This document shows, in pieces, positions 1 through 12,178 of a stretch of 64,000 nt of DNA. Source of the DNA: Chrysomallon squamiferum (lineage: Eukaryota > Animalia > Mollusca). The stretch is from positions 28,458,001-28,522,000 of the forward strand of contig CM022671.1 in assembly GCA_012295275.1 (NCBI GenBank), read 5' to 3'. The notes beneath the pieces were generated by a model that was not told the DNA's origin, searched no databases, and saw nothing but the letters and a program-made list of their open reading frames with translations. Within the stretch, counting starts at the first letter, position 1. Every line of letters starts with the position of its first letter. A program made the translations under genes and the position numbers.

Positions 1-252
1 GCTATTCTTTTCCTTCTCCCGATTCATTTTAACAGTACGAGTTCCTTGGCCTTAAATAATAAATACCAATGTCATAATAATAATAATAATTCCAGTTACA
101 AAATATTCAATTCATTTCGACTCTGGAGTTGTTATTATTTTATTTTTTTTATTATATTTTTTATTTTATTTTTAAATATTTTGTGCATGAAGGGAGAAAT
201 CAGTGAATTAATTCTGTTGCTGAGGACTAATAATACGTCTGGGTGAACGGAC

Positions 253-429
253 CTGTGGACGTTCCGACAGTGTGGTCATCGCTCGGACCCATGAAGATGA
301 TGCGAGTGAGGCCGAAAGCGCTGGACTTTGAAACTGGCCCGCGTTCCCAAACCAGTGAGTCGTTTGAGTTGTCGTGAGAAATAGTGTAGCCGCACAGGCC
401 TTGTTCAAAGTCACAGTCCACAGTGTTTC
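253..429 (-). CDS. MAM/EGF protein exon, MAM domain 3 part A (RNTVDCDFEQGLCGY...GPSDDHTVGTST); the gene probably continues left of the window
   Basis: CDFE-x-x-LCGY and GP-x-x-DHT motifs. Poly-T acceptor ttttag, donor AG|GTCCGT. 177 nt, phase 1-1. Confidence 0.92.
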
Positions 430-471
430 CTAAAAAAAAAAAAAAAAAAATTAAAAATTAAAAAAAATTAA

Positions 472-515
<44 letters not shown>

Positions 516-716
516 ATAATGAATAATAATTTAAAATCACGGTGATTATTATTATTATCAGTTGAAATTACAAGTCTTACAATTTTTGAAGTATTTTTTA
601 AAAGTTATTTCTGTCGTTATGACTGTTAATTATTGTCGATACTTCTCAATATCTAAACTATAGAACCTCTCGTGACGCGTGTATACACAATCAAAATATC
701 ACATTTTCTTTTTTTA

Positions 717-1049
<333 letters not shown>

Positions 1050-1472
1050 TTATATATTTTTTTTATATTTAATAACTTTAATAAATCACCTGACACATTT
1101 TGAATCTACGAATACTTGATGTTGTTAGAGACTGTGGAGAAAACGAGAGAGGAAAACTCATTGCAGCAACGTGATAGACTATTTTTTTCTTTCTTTTTAA
1201 TTTAAATATATATATATTTTTTAAGATAACTTTTCTATGAATGTTCCTACAAAGAGGAATACATTCCAAGAACTTTGAAAAATAAGTCGTGGTGGGCTAG
1301 CTGTTAAGGAAAATAGGCAAATGAGCATACTGAGATTTTAACCAGCTTTAAATACTAAACTACACAATGTAAAGATCCTAACAGTACTGCATTAACGTGA
1401 ATTTTTGCACAAACAGCCTAAATTGATTCTGAACACTAGCAAACTTTTTGGCGACCAGTCTTGATGCTATTT

Positions 1473-1525
<53 letters not shown>

Positions 1526-1623
1526 AATAAATAAATAAATAAATACATTTTTGAAAAAAGAAGAATTAAATCAGCAAGAAAAATGTTTTATTCATTACAT
1601 CAAATTGTATACGTCATACTGAC

Positions 1624-1926
1624 CTGCATGGCAACCACACGTAAAGCCATCAATTCCATCAACACAGAACCCGTTGACGCAGGGCGAACTGGCGCATTCA
1701 TCAATATTAACTTCACACGTTTGTCCCGTCCATCCAGACATACAGGAACAGGTAAAGTTGTCTCCCTTGGGCGTGCACGTTCCGCCATTGTCGCACGGCC
1801 AGTTCCGGCATGGATTGATGTTCGTCTCGCAGTCTTTGCCCACGAAATACGGCGGGCACGTGCAGTTGTAATCGTTAAACGTATTTTTGCACTGGCCGCC
1901 AAATCTACATGGTGATGATGAGCAAT
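1624..1926 (-). CDS. MAM/EGF protein exon, EGF repeats 1-2 and most of 3 (HCSSSPCRFGGQC...NIDECASSPCVNGFCVDGIDGFTCGCHA)
   Basis: Six-cysteine Notch/fibropellin-type EGF spacing. Acceptor ttcatag, donor AG|GTCAGT. 303 nt, phase 1-1. Confidence 0.95.
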
Positions 1927-2061
1927 CTATGAATAAATGTAAATAATAAAATCACTGCTGATCCGTTTAATATTATTATTACAACAACATCTCCTGCTAC
2001 TGCCACTGCTACTGCTGTTACAACGACAGCTACTAATTCTACCACTATTTCTGCTGCTATT

Positions 2062-2118
<57 letters not shown>

Positions 2119-2254
2119 CATAATCATAATCATAATAATAATTGTTCATCAAAGAAAACGTTTTTAAAGATAACGATTGCATGCAGTGTTCATTATACCA
2201 TCTATACAAGTTTGTAGAAATTTCTAATTTAAATAAATTCATAAGCAAACTTAC

Positions 2255-2336
2255 GGCATTTGTATGCTTTGATGTCGTCGACGGCGTATCCCACGCTCCA
2301 GTAGATGTCACTTGGTTCATACGCTAGAAACATTAT
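2255..2336 (-). CDS. MAM/EGF protein exon, MAM domain 2 part C (IMFLAYEPSDIYWSVGYAVDDIKAYKC)
   Basis: Paralogous to exon 4376-4457 (YW-x-VGYAVDD). Acceptor cgtacag, donor GTAAGT. 82 nt, phase 0-1. Confidence 0.93.
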
Positions 2337-2365
2337 CTGTACGAAAACCAAACCAAAACAAACAT

Positions 2366-2412
<47 letters not shown>

Positions 2413-2690
2413 TTTTATTTTATTTTATTTCTTTGTTGTTGTTGTTGTTGTTTTCTTTTTTCTTTTTATATTTATGTATTTATACTAAAATCTTTGGCCT
2501 CTATTTCAATTATTCTCTATTTCGTACATTATCTGTACGAAAACCAAACCAAAACAAACATTTATTTATTTATTTATTTATTTATTTTATTTTATTTTAT
2601 TTCTTTGTTGTTGTTGTTGTTGTTTTCTTTTTTCTTTTTATATTTATGTATTTATACTAAAATCTTTGGCCTCTATTTCAATTATTCTCT
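2330..2690. repeat. Tandem duplication (2330-2518 and 2526-2690) that includes the splice acceptor of exon 2255-2336
   Basis: Two near-identical copies from acattatctgtacgaaaacc to ctatttcaattattctct, differing mainly in (TTTA)n length. Confidence 0.95.
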
Positions 2691-2754
2691 TTGATCCTTC
2701 TATATATATATATATCTGTGTATGTGTGTATGTGTGTGTGTATGTATGTGTTTG

Positions 2755-2794
<40 letters not shown>

Positions 2795-3065
2795 TACAGT
2801 CATATATATTGATGACAAAAGCAAAATTGCAAAAAGATGAATGATCGCCAGCTTGATTGTTTACTTTATTATTAGCAAAGGTTTGTCTCTAGCCTTAAAA
2901 AAGGCAGTTTGATCAATTCGGTGTTCTAGGCTATTTAAAGAAAAAAGTTTGCCCTCAAGACACTTTATATCAGTGAAATCTCTTAAACGTTTGTTTCCAA
3001 TATAAAAAGACAGTTACTTAAATGAAGACAACATAAGAACAGTGTTAGCTGTTTTATGTACATAC

Positions 3066-3319
3066 CTCATATCTGCCCGATTTTGTAGCATTCTCAATAC
3101 TAACAACGGCTCTGTTCCAGTCGTCTCCTTTGTCTCCTGTTTCGTTGAAAACCACGTGCTCCTCCAAATCTCCTCTCACTATGACGTCTAACTCCTTCAG
3201 AGACTTGGTGTGCATGAAGTAGTAGAACTCCAGGTGACAGAGTTGTCGGTCTTGCATTGGAGATCGCATCGAAGCCTGGGTGCCGTGGCCAAGCGGTTTA
3301 ACGGCATACGCAAAATAAC
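3066..3319 (-). CDS. MAM/EGF protein exon, MAM domain 2 part B (GYFAYAVKP...MRSP...CHLEFYYFM...GDDWNRA...GRYE)
   Basis: MAM core motifs. Acceptor ttttgcag, donor GTATGT. 254 nt, phase 1-0, the same size as MAM1 part B. Confidence 0.93.
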
Positions 3320-3689
3320 CTGCAAAACCGTACGGGTACAACAACAACAACAGCAACAACAGGAGCAACAACAACAACAACAACAACACTAATATTAATT
3401 ATTAACAATACTTTCTGCATTTTATAAAGAATAAGAGGCATTTGGACGCAACATAACTGAAAACGAATGATATTCTCAGACATAAAACCATATCTGTAAT
3501 TGAAATAAACTTTACAGGCTTTTTATAACATACAAAATGTATCAAACCAAGCAATTAAACCGTGCATCGATCAGTAAATGTCTGTACAGATGTATGTCGA
3601 AATCTGTTACAACGTAAAACCTCTTTTCTCGTTTCTCCGTTGGTACTGTACCTTATCAGAACTCTATCATGACAAATTGCTTACATTAT

Positions 3690-3721
<32 letters not shown>

Positions 3722-3775
3722 CACACACACCAATATACACACACCAACACATACGCTGATCCATTCCTCTCTTAC

Positions 3776-3955
3776 CCTTGCTGTTTCCTGTGGTGTGGTC
3801 GCCTGCTGGGCCCTTTCTCAACGTGTCGATGACTCCAAACCAGGACTTGGTTTTACTCTGACCTCGTCTCCACACCATTGGGTCCCACACGGCGTTGTCA
3901 CGGTCGATCTCAAAGCCACACATGTCTGTCTCAAAGTTACATTCTATCTTCTGGT
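3776..3955 (-). CDS. MAM/EGF protein exon, MAM domain 2 part A (NQKIECNFETDMCGF...GPAGDHTTGNSK)
   Basis: CNFE-x-x-MCGF and GP-x-x-DHT motifs. Acceptor ccccgcag, donor GTAAGA. 180 nt, phase 1-1. Confidence 0.93.
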
Positions 3956-4375
3956 CTGCGGGGGAAAAAACAAAGACTTAGGTGACGTTAGCGTTGAATA
4001 TGTATTAAGAAACATATCTGATTCTGTATTAATTCTGTTTTAAGATTGATGCATTCAGTTTGTGTTGACAAATTACTGACATACGCACACGAACTTCACG
4101 TACAGCACGCGCTATGCTTATTTGCCGTATAGAGGGACTTACATTCATGCTCATGAACCAAAATCAAACTGAGAGATCGATATAGATAAAATGAGTTATT
4201 TTAATATATATCACAAAATGAAAACAGACAACCTGATTAATTAACCTAACAGATTATACACAGACAGAAAAACGTAAATAAAATATACATATATTTATTA
4301 TAACAGTAATTTTAGTTAAAGGGAATTAACTTTCGTTTAAATGTACTAAGATCCAGCTGATGCCGTTGTACTCAC

Positions 4376-4457
4376 TGCATTTTATAACTTTAACGTCATC
4401 GACGGCGTACCCTACTGTCCAGTACGCAGACTTTGGCTCTGTCGCTTCGATGGCGAA
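4376..4457 (-). CDS. MAM/EGF protein exon, MAM domain 1 part C (FAIEATEPKSAYWTVGYAVDDVKVIKC)
   Basis: MAM C-terminal A-V-D-D-V...C motif. Acceptor cgtacag, donor GTGAGT. 82 nt, phase 0-1. Confidence 0.92.
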
Positions 4458-4581
4458 CTGTACGTAATGAAAACAGAAAGAGAAATTAAAAATAGAATAA
4501 AATCCTTTGTATTAAACAGACACATAAAGCAGCACTTCATTTTTAATTAAATCTTTACGACATCATTCTTCTTCTTTTTAC

Positions 4582-4624
<43 letters not shown>

Positions 4625-4714
4625 TATCATCATCATCAACATCATCATCATCATCATTATTGTTATCCGTACTTAATTAACTAAATAACTATACATCTTA
4701 AATAAAACAAGAAC

Positions 4715-4968
4715 CTGATATTCTCCGAACTCTGTGTACTTGGCAATGTCGTACAGAGCTCGATTCCATCCAGATCCGTGATAGCCTCTCATTGAGCCCA
4801 GTTTGATCCTCTCCCCGTACTTGATGACGTAGACGTTGAGGTCTGACAACGTGGCCGACCCCATGTGAAAGAAGAACGACAGGTCACACATCTCACCTTT
4901 ACCTACTGGAGAAACCAGTGACGTCACTGTGCCTTCGTTGATAGGCCGGACAGCGTACATGAACTTTC
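4715..4968 (-). CDS. MAM/EGF protein exon, MAM domain 1 part B (GKFMYAVRP...LVSP...CDLSFFFHM...GWNRA...GEYQ)
   Basis: MAM core motifs G-x-F-M-Y, L-x-SP, C-x-L-S-F-x-x-HM and W. Acceptor gcttccag, donor AG|GTTCTT. 254 nt, phase 1-0. Confidence 0.92.
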
Positions 4969-5074
4969 CTGGAAGCAAAGACCGAAGATCTGTATAATGT
5001 GTGTGTGTATGTGCGGATGTCTGAGTATAAGTGTGTTTGTGTGTGCATAATTTTCACGTTTATAAATTTAAAGT

Positions 5075-5078
<4 letters not shown>

Positions 5079-5149
<71 letters not shown>

Positions 5150-5500
5150 TCAGTACAGTTATGTATAAATGTAAATTATCGTTTAACAGAACGAAAATAT
5201 TCATTTATATTTAATAATAGTATGTGTGCATATGATTTTGTAGATATGCACATATGTACGTATGTATGTATGTAAATATACAAGCATGCAAACAAATGTG
5301 TATGTATGCATATATATATATATATATGCAAGTAAGCATGTATTCATATTTATAAATGTATATGTTCGTATGTATGAATGAATGTATGTATGTATATACG
5401 AATGTGTGTAGATATGTATATGTGTATGTACGTATGTATGTATGAATGTATGTGTGTGTGTGTATGTATGTATATATATATGTATGTATGTATGTATGTA
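5079..5500. repeat. Compound (TA)n(GA)n and (TATG)n microsatellite intron
   Basis: Direct inspection. Confidence 0.9.
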
Positions 5501-5530
5501 AAGAAGAGATAAAATATTTTTATAAATGAC

Positions 5531-5716
5531 CTTCTTTTTTTCCTGTTGTGTGATCTCCGTCAGGTCCAAAAGTGAGAAGTTTCTGTTGATAGAATTCTTG
5601 TTCTTCCACAGCCTCGCCCTGCCTCCATTCCATGACGTCATACATCCCCGGGGTGTGGTTCTTCTGCACCGTCCACCCACAGAGATCCTTCTCAAAATCA
5701 CAGTCCATCATCCCAC
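5531..5716 (-). CDS. MAM/EGF protein exon, MAM domain 1 part A (GGMMDCDFEKDLCGW...GPDGDHTTGKKE)
   Basis: MAM signatures CDFE-x-x-LCGW and GP-x-x-DHT. Acceptor ttttctag, donor AG|GTCATT. 186 nt, phase 1-1. Confidence 0.92.
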
Positions 5717-5928
5717 CTAGAAAATATAACAATTTGTTCCGTTTAAAGTGAAAGTTGGGCCGTAATGGCCTAAGTAGAATGCGAGAAATAAACAGTATAT
5801 TTGCTAGATGTTGAATCTCGTTAAATATGGCATCTAGAGCAGTAACTCCATTTATGGCTGCAGTAAGAAGAAGAACAATAAAAAGATTTGTAATTGTTCT
5901 ACAGAAGTGTCAGTTGTAAGATAATTAC

Positions 5929-5980
5929 CTGCAGTGCATAGTGTGCTTACTGCACACACCAAAAACAGTATACCTTGCAT
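5929..5980 (-). CDS. MAM/EGF protein, first coding exon (signal peptide MQGILFLVCAVSTLCTA-G)
   Basis: ATG at 5980, shortly after a poly-T/CAGCAG acceptor (5990-5985). Encodes a 17-aa hydrophobic peptide. Donor AG|GTAA at 5928, phase 1, which matches the next exon. This reading frame is not in the ORF track. Confidence 0.85.
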
Positions 5981-6372
5981 CGCCCTGCTGAAAAAAAAAA
6001 AAAAAAAATAATAATAATAATAATAATAATAACAATAACAAAAACAACAACAATAATAACACGATGACTATGATGATACTATTACTGCTACTACTACTAC
6101 TGCTACTACTATTACTACTACTACTACTAATAATAATAACCAGCGACAGCAGCAACATCAACAAAACAACAACACCTATATCACCTGTATTTGTTTAAAT
6201 AAGACAAACAAAGGCTGCGAAATTCGAAATCATGTACACTCGCTTAACTCTGTATTTAAACAAATGTCATTATGATTATTTTTCATCTGAACTAAAAATT
6301 TAACTGTCGTGAAAAAAATAATAATAATTAAAAAAAATAATAATAATAATAATAATAATGATAATAATAATG

Positions 6373-6411
<39 letters not shown>

Positions 6412-6499
6412 TTAGAATTCAAGCTATTTCACAGTATATTTTTGATAATTAATATGTTGATTGGTTTTATACTCTTGGGTAATTACAAGATATATTTCT

Positions 6500-7070
6500 T
6501 GTGTATTAATATTAGTAGTTAACCATGAAAGTTAATAATGAAAACAGTAAATTCTAGTATAAAATATATATCTTCTGCATTATGTTAATAAGTACCCAAG
6601 TTAGTGAAGAAAGTAATTAATTCTAGTATAGAAATATATATCTTCTTTATTGTTAGTAGTTATTTACCAAATTAATAAAGAAAATATATAACTTCTAGTA
6701 TAAAACTGTATCTTTTATGTTATGTTAGTAATTAATAAAGACAATAGGTAAATTCTAGTATAAAAATTATCTTCCTTCTATGTTATGTTAGTAATTATCC
6801 AAGTTAGTAAAGAAAATAAGAAAATTCTAGTATATCAATTATACATGTATATACATCTATATTACGTTTGTAATTACCCACCGTAAAAAAGAAAATAAGT
6901 AAATTCTAGTATATAAATCTATGTTAGTAATTATCCAACTTAGTAAAGAAATCAAGTAAATTCTAGTATATAAATTATACATCTTCCGTATTATGTTAGT
7001 AATTAACCAAGTTAATGAAAGAAAATAAGTAAATTCTAGTAGATATATAAAATCTTTCTGTATTATATTA
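6500..7070. repeat. Degenerate tandem array with ~60-78 bp units (gtaaattctagtata...tgttagtaatta...aagttagtaaagaaaat), about 8 copies
   Basis: The anchor ttctagta recurs near 6552, 6621, 6693, 6753, 6825, 6904, 6961 and 7034. Confidence 0.85.
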
Positions 7071-8324
7071 TAAAGGTGTTTTATGTGGAATTTTTAATAC
7101 AGGTATTTATTTAATGATTTCTGCTTCTGTTTTAATATCAGTAGCAAATATTAGAAGGAGAAAATAATTATATTACAGAATCTTTCTGTACGTTTTTTAT
7201 TCCAATATATTGGTTTTCATTATTAATGTATTACGTGTTAAGTTTTATAATCATAAGTAAAATTCTGTATTATCATTATTATTATTATTATTATTATTAA
7301 TATTATTATATTTATTATTATTATTATATAAATAAATTTATATTTATAAAGTAATGTCTGTGATATTATGATAATCGCATGTTTTAGTTCTTATCAAAAA
7401 CACAGATGTTTTTCTTTATCAGAATTCTCAAACTAAAAACAGAAACGAAACCCATAGGTCACTCTGACTAATAGAAAAAAAAAAAGTGTGTTGATGGAAT
7501 TTCAGAAATTAAATATTAAATTCAGAAACGCGCATGATTTCACAATGAAAGAAAAATTTTAGTAGTTTAAAATATTTTTAATTGCTTTTATTATCTTTTT
7601 CTTTTTGAATCAATTTTTACAAATGTCTGAATAAAGGGGAATAATATATTTAAACAAAAAAAAAAAAAAAAAAAAAGTTATCAAGTTCATTTGACGAATA
7701 CGTTATCGGTCATCGTATGTTGACTGTGTTTAATCAAAAAGGTGTCAGATTATTCTAGGTTCATGTTATAAATTAAAAAATAATGATTTTACCGATGATC
7801 TCAACAAAAACTTTGCTAATAATTATGAAAGATTCCGGGATGCGACAGCGGATTTTAACATTGGGGTTTTGGGGGGTTTTGGGACGTGGTTTCTGATATT
7901 TTATTTTAGTTCTAAATATGTTTCTTTGTTTAGCTTGTTCTTAAAAATTACGTTTCCTATCTTTCTGCTTAATGTCTGGTTAAAATGAAATAATAAACCA
8001 TTTTAGCGCTTTAAGTTAAATTTACACAAATATCAGTATAAATAAATAACAAAATAAATAAACAACTGCTATCATAACAACGACGACGACAACAACAACA
8101 ACATCAACAGCAGCAGCAACAAAAACAACAATAATACAAATAATATTTTATGAAAAATAAACAAGATTATTGTGAACGATAAAACTGATATGTATTAATT
8201 TATTATATCTTCCAGCTTTTTCATGCGTTTGTATATTATCCTTTAATTTACCTCATGGTATATAACAATAACAATAACAACAACAAGAACAACAACAGTA
8301 ATAATAATAATAATAATAACAACA

Positions 8325-8358
<34 letters not shown>

Positions 8359-8749
8359 CAGTAATAATAATAATAATAACAATAAAAATAATAATAATAA
8401 TTATTATTATTATTACGTTATTGTTGTCGTCGTTGTTTGTTGTTGATGATGATGTTATTGTTTAAGCATAATATATTAATGCTTTAAATCGATTTAGTTT
8501 TCTCACGTAATAATTTTAATTTACTTTACGTCTAAGTCTCAAGATTTTAGTGCTTATGTTAGTAAGTATGAAAATAAAATTCTTACACTTTTGGCTGTCC
8601 CTTTCTTTTGACTAACTTTTCAAATATACTCCCTTCACCTCTTTTTTTTTTTTTAGGTTAATATGATCGTTTATATTCTATAGTTAAGAATTCTTAATAG
8701 CTAAAATGAATAAGTAAATATTAAAATTAATCTCTGTATAACTACATAC

Positions 8750-8785
8750 CTTTAATGAGTTCGACACGTGGGCGGCAAGAACTGA
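8750..8785 (-). promoter_or_regulatory. Candidate non-coding first exon and transcription start of the MAM/EGF gene
   Basis: The first coding exon begins with an acceptor, so an upstream exon is expected. This GC-richer patch has an Initiator-like TCAGTT (8785-8780) followed by a good donor AAAG|GTATGT (8749). Inference only. Confidence 0.35.
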
Positions 8786-8957
8786 AAGGCTTTTGGCTGT
8801 TCAGGATATGAGATAGCAAGAGAAAATATACATATGTTTTTTAACCCCACGCGAAATTTAGTATTACACTTCGAGACAAAAATACCCCCACACATCACGT
8901 GATAAATTTGTACTCGTTGATAACTGTACTGGTTTATTTGTCACTTAATACAAGGGT

Positions 8958-9000
<43 letters not shown>

Positions 9001-10213
9001 TTATTTATTTATTTTTTTTATATTTATTTCCAACTTTTTATACAATTAACCTATTATCTATTAAAATAAAACATAACAACAACAACAGCAGAGCAACAGC
9101 AGCAACAACAACGACAACAATAATAATGATATAATAGTAATAATTTTGGTTCCAGTTTTGGTTATATAGATACTTATCCTTATATTTTGAAAACAGCATT
9201 TTAAAAAAAAAAAAAAAAAAAAAAATTAACGAATGGAAAAAGTCATAAGAAACTGAGTGTTGCTAGCTTTCGCAAAATGTTTGAAAAGACGAAGGCGACT
9301 GTCGCTGAAAAAAGAATATATATATATTTTAAATAAAAAAGGAATTTACAGAAGCAGAAGAAAAAGATCGTTGTAAATTATCTTGAAATAAATAACGAAA
9401 ATTCCATTTATTTATTTATTTATTTATTTATTTATATACTTTTAGGTGTCCGTCCCAAAGGACCACGGTTATGAATAAAAGTGCAGCTACCTGTTTATAT
9501 GAAAGATTTGAAATAATGTTCCTTATTCCAGTCGTGTTTGTTCAATAAATTATTCGGTAACGATGTTTACCATGTTAGCGACTTACTGAGGTTAAGTTAT
9601 TTGTACTGCGTTCACTAAATTACTTCGATTTGAAACGAAAGAGATATCGAGAGAGGGAGAGAGCAGCTGAAACAGCGAGAGTCACAAGTAAGAAAGAAAG
9701 GAGAAGGCGAAAAACACACAGAGAAATAAGAGTCACAGAGAAAGAAAGAAAGAAAGAGGGAGACAAAGAAAGAGAGAGCGTCCAGCCTCGTAGGATTAGA
9801 GAAAAAGGAAGAAATGAAATAATGAATAGTGTTTTCCTGGCAGTCTTCAAAGTGTTGTTAAAACCCTGTCATTCATCTTTCACGCCTTTCAGTTATATTT
9901 TAAAAATTGTTGATTACAGATATTGTTATCATAAATACATTGTCTGTGATCTGAAACCTACTTGGACGAACTGCAGCTGTTTTAATATCCATTACAAAGA
10001 CAGACGACATATTAAAATATTAATTCAGATGTTCCTCGAGATGTCTGTAGCGTTAACAAATAATATTCCTTTCAACGTATTAAATTTGCGGTTTCTTATT
10101 CGGATCAAATATATATATATATATAAAATAAATATAACTACTACTACTACTAATAATAATAATCATAATCATAAACTCAGGCAGTTGATCTCTGTAACAA
10201 TATGATTTTAATC

Positions 10214-10220
<7 letters not shown>

Positions 10221-10278
<58 letters not shown>
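10221..10278. repeat. (TG)n microsatellite upstream of PLCXD
   Basis: Direct inspection. Confidence 0.95.
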
Positions 10279-10283
<5 letters not shown>

Positions 10284-10725
10284 CTTTGTGTGTTCCATGG
10301 CCTTGGTAAGTGATTTGGAGACATCTCGTCGAAATATTAACTAATGCATAATAAATATATAATGAATATATAATTTCTTTATGTGTCATTTCCAATATTT
10401 TATTTAACGAAAGAATATAAAACTGTTTATTAACAATTTCCTACATGCACGTACAGCTGGAACGCCAAATTCCGTAAAGCCACAAAAACCAAGCTACAAA
10501 GTCTCGCGTGCATTAGAGCTGTCGTTGGCGCTATAGTGCTGTCGTGGTTAACAACAGCTATAATCACTGTAATTCATTACCCTACTATTTTCAACCGCAG
10601 TGAATAATGTTGGGGGAATGACAGGAAATCGCAGTCGAACTAAATATCAAGAGTTAGCCAAGGGAAATAAGTCAGTCTGATCTGACAGAAAACGCGGAAG
10701 CAGTGGCGAGTTTGGAAGTAGCAGG

Positions 10726-10840
10726 ATGGCAGCGAAGAGCTCAACGCAAAACTCTCGTCTGCCACCAAACAACGATGAATGGATGTCAAAACTTTCTCCA
10801 AAACTACACACTGTTCCGCTGAACAGGATCTCCATACCAG
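10726..10840 (+). CDS. PLCXD3: PI-PLC X domain-containing protein (PLCXD2/3-like), coding exon 1 (MAAKSS...DEWMSKLSPKLHTVPLNRISIP-G)
   Basis: Kozak context aggATGg. W-M-x-x-L...PL-x-x-x-x-IPG is the PLCXD N-terminal motif. Donor CAG|GTATTT, phase 1, joins exon 2 to give IPGSHDS. Confidence 0.92.
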
Positions 10841-12162
10841 GTATTTATTTATGTTTTATGACTTATTCTGCAACAAAAACCTTAAAACAAGATGTGTGCG
10901 GACAGTACATTTGAAATGCTCTAGTATCGCCGTTAGTCAGCAAACTCAGTGACAGTGTGTTGAAGGGACTGTTCATATATTTATGCTGGTTTGGTTTGTT
11001 GTAACGATTCGAAATTCGTTTGTAACTGTTTACAAGTTTAACTTAATTTTAAAAATCTGTTTAGAAGAAGAAGAGAAGAGGAATACAATTAAAATGATAA
11101 TAATATTAATAATTTAAATAAATTCAAGTTTATTTTAATACGAAGAATAATTAGGTAAATTTTTATTTTGCACGTTTATGAATAACATTCAGCTAATAAT
11201 TATGATTTTATATAAATAGGCAAAAGATCTTATAAATCATTCTGGCATGCTAATTTAATGTTTATTACAATTTTTTAAAAATTAATTCACTTTTTAATTT
11301 ATTTTAAATATTTTATTTAAAAATGGAACAATGTCCTAACAATATTAACATTCAACTAGTCATTTGAAGAACACTTTATTTATTTTTTTATTTATTATTT
11401 AATTTTTATTTATTTATTTTATTTTCTTTCATTTTTTAATTTTGCTTTATTTATAATCTGATTTTTTGTTTAAACTATTTATTTGTAATCTTTCATGATA
11501 TAAATATGATGGAGACGTATGTTTGAGATTTGAATTAATAAATCGGAGAGCATACAACAGATAAATCACTGTAACATTTGTTGAGGTGACATTTATATAA
11601 ATACCACCAATCTTATACATAGCATTACATCTTTAATCTGAGGAGTCTACACAAAATCTTCCTTCTCACAAATCCATTAATAAACTAATCTTAATCCAGT
11701 TATAGACAAATATCTTAAATCATCTTGTTAAAAAAAAGAAAAAAAAAACCCCAAAACCTTCCCACTAGTTCACAAACTTGTACACTTATTTAATTTTTTC
11801 CCTTTCTAGTGTTGTATCTGATTCAGAAACTAAAATCTTCAAAATCCTCAAAATTTTGTTAGACTGACTGTTTTATTTTCCTTTCTGCTTTTGGTTCTGA
11901 ATTTCATTCTTAGATTAAAACTTTTATAATCCTCCTATTCCTGTTTTTGGATCAAATTAGTATTTCTAAAATTTTCATAAAGATTTTCACTTAATTTTTC
12001 TCATTCCAGTTTTCAATACTGTAATTACACCCTTGATTTATCCATACCATGTTCTAATTAAAATAATTAAATATGAAACAAAAAAAGAGGAAGCAGAAAG
12101 AAAATTGTAAACAGAAAAATCTATTTGTGTGTTAATGAAATACTATACAGAAAGCACACACT

Positions 12163-12178
12163 GCGGCCATCTAGTGTT
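12163..12178 (-). promoter_or_regulatory. CTCF-like motif (CACTAGATGGC core) in PLCXD intron 1
   Basis: The reverse complement aacactagatggccgc matches the CCACTAGATGGCGC-type CTCF core. Motif match only. Confidence 0.3.

Noticed and set aside
1-52. Open frame after tttaag on the minus strand (GQGTRTVKMNREKEKNS) as the next MAM3 exon
   Set aside because: It lacks the G-x-F-x-YA start of the paralogous 254-nt exons and has a poor pyrimidine tract.
1583-1915. Plus-strand 110-aa ORF and other ORFs overlapping the EGF and MAM exons
   Set aside because: Antisense or alternative-frame shadows of real GC-rich exons.
7860-7890. TTTTGGGG telomere-like / G-quadruplex-like run (also at ~24420)
   Set aside because: Only 2-3 units and not the TTAGGG repeat expected in molluscs; consistent with low-complexity G/T runs.
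9630-10205. 191-aa Lys/Arg/Glu-rich ORF
   Set aside because: It arises from a GA-rich low-complexity tract, has a TTG start and shows no recognisable domain.
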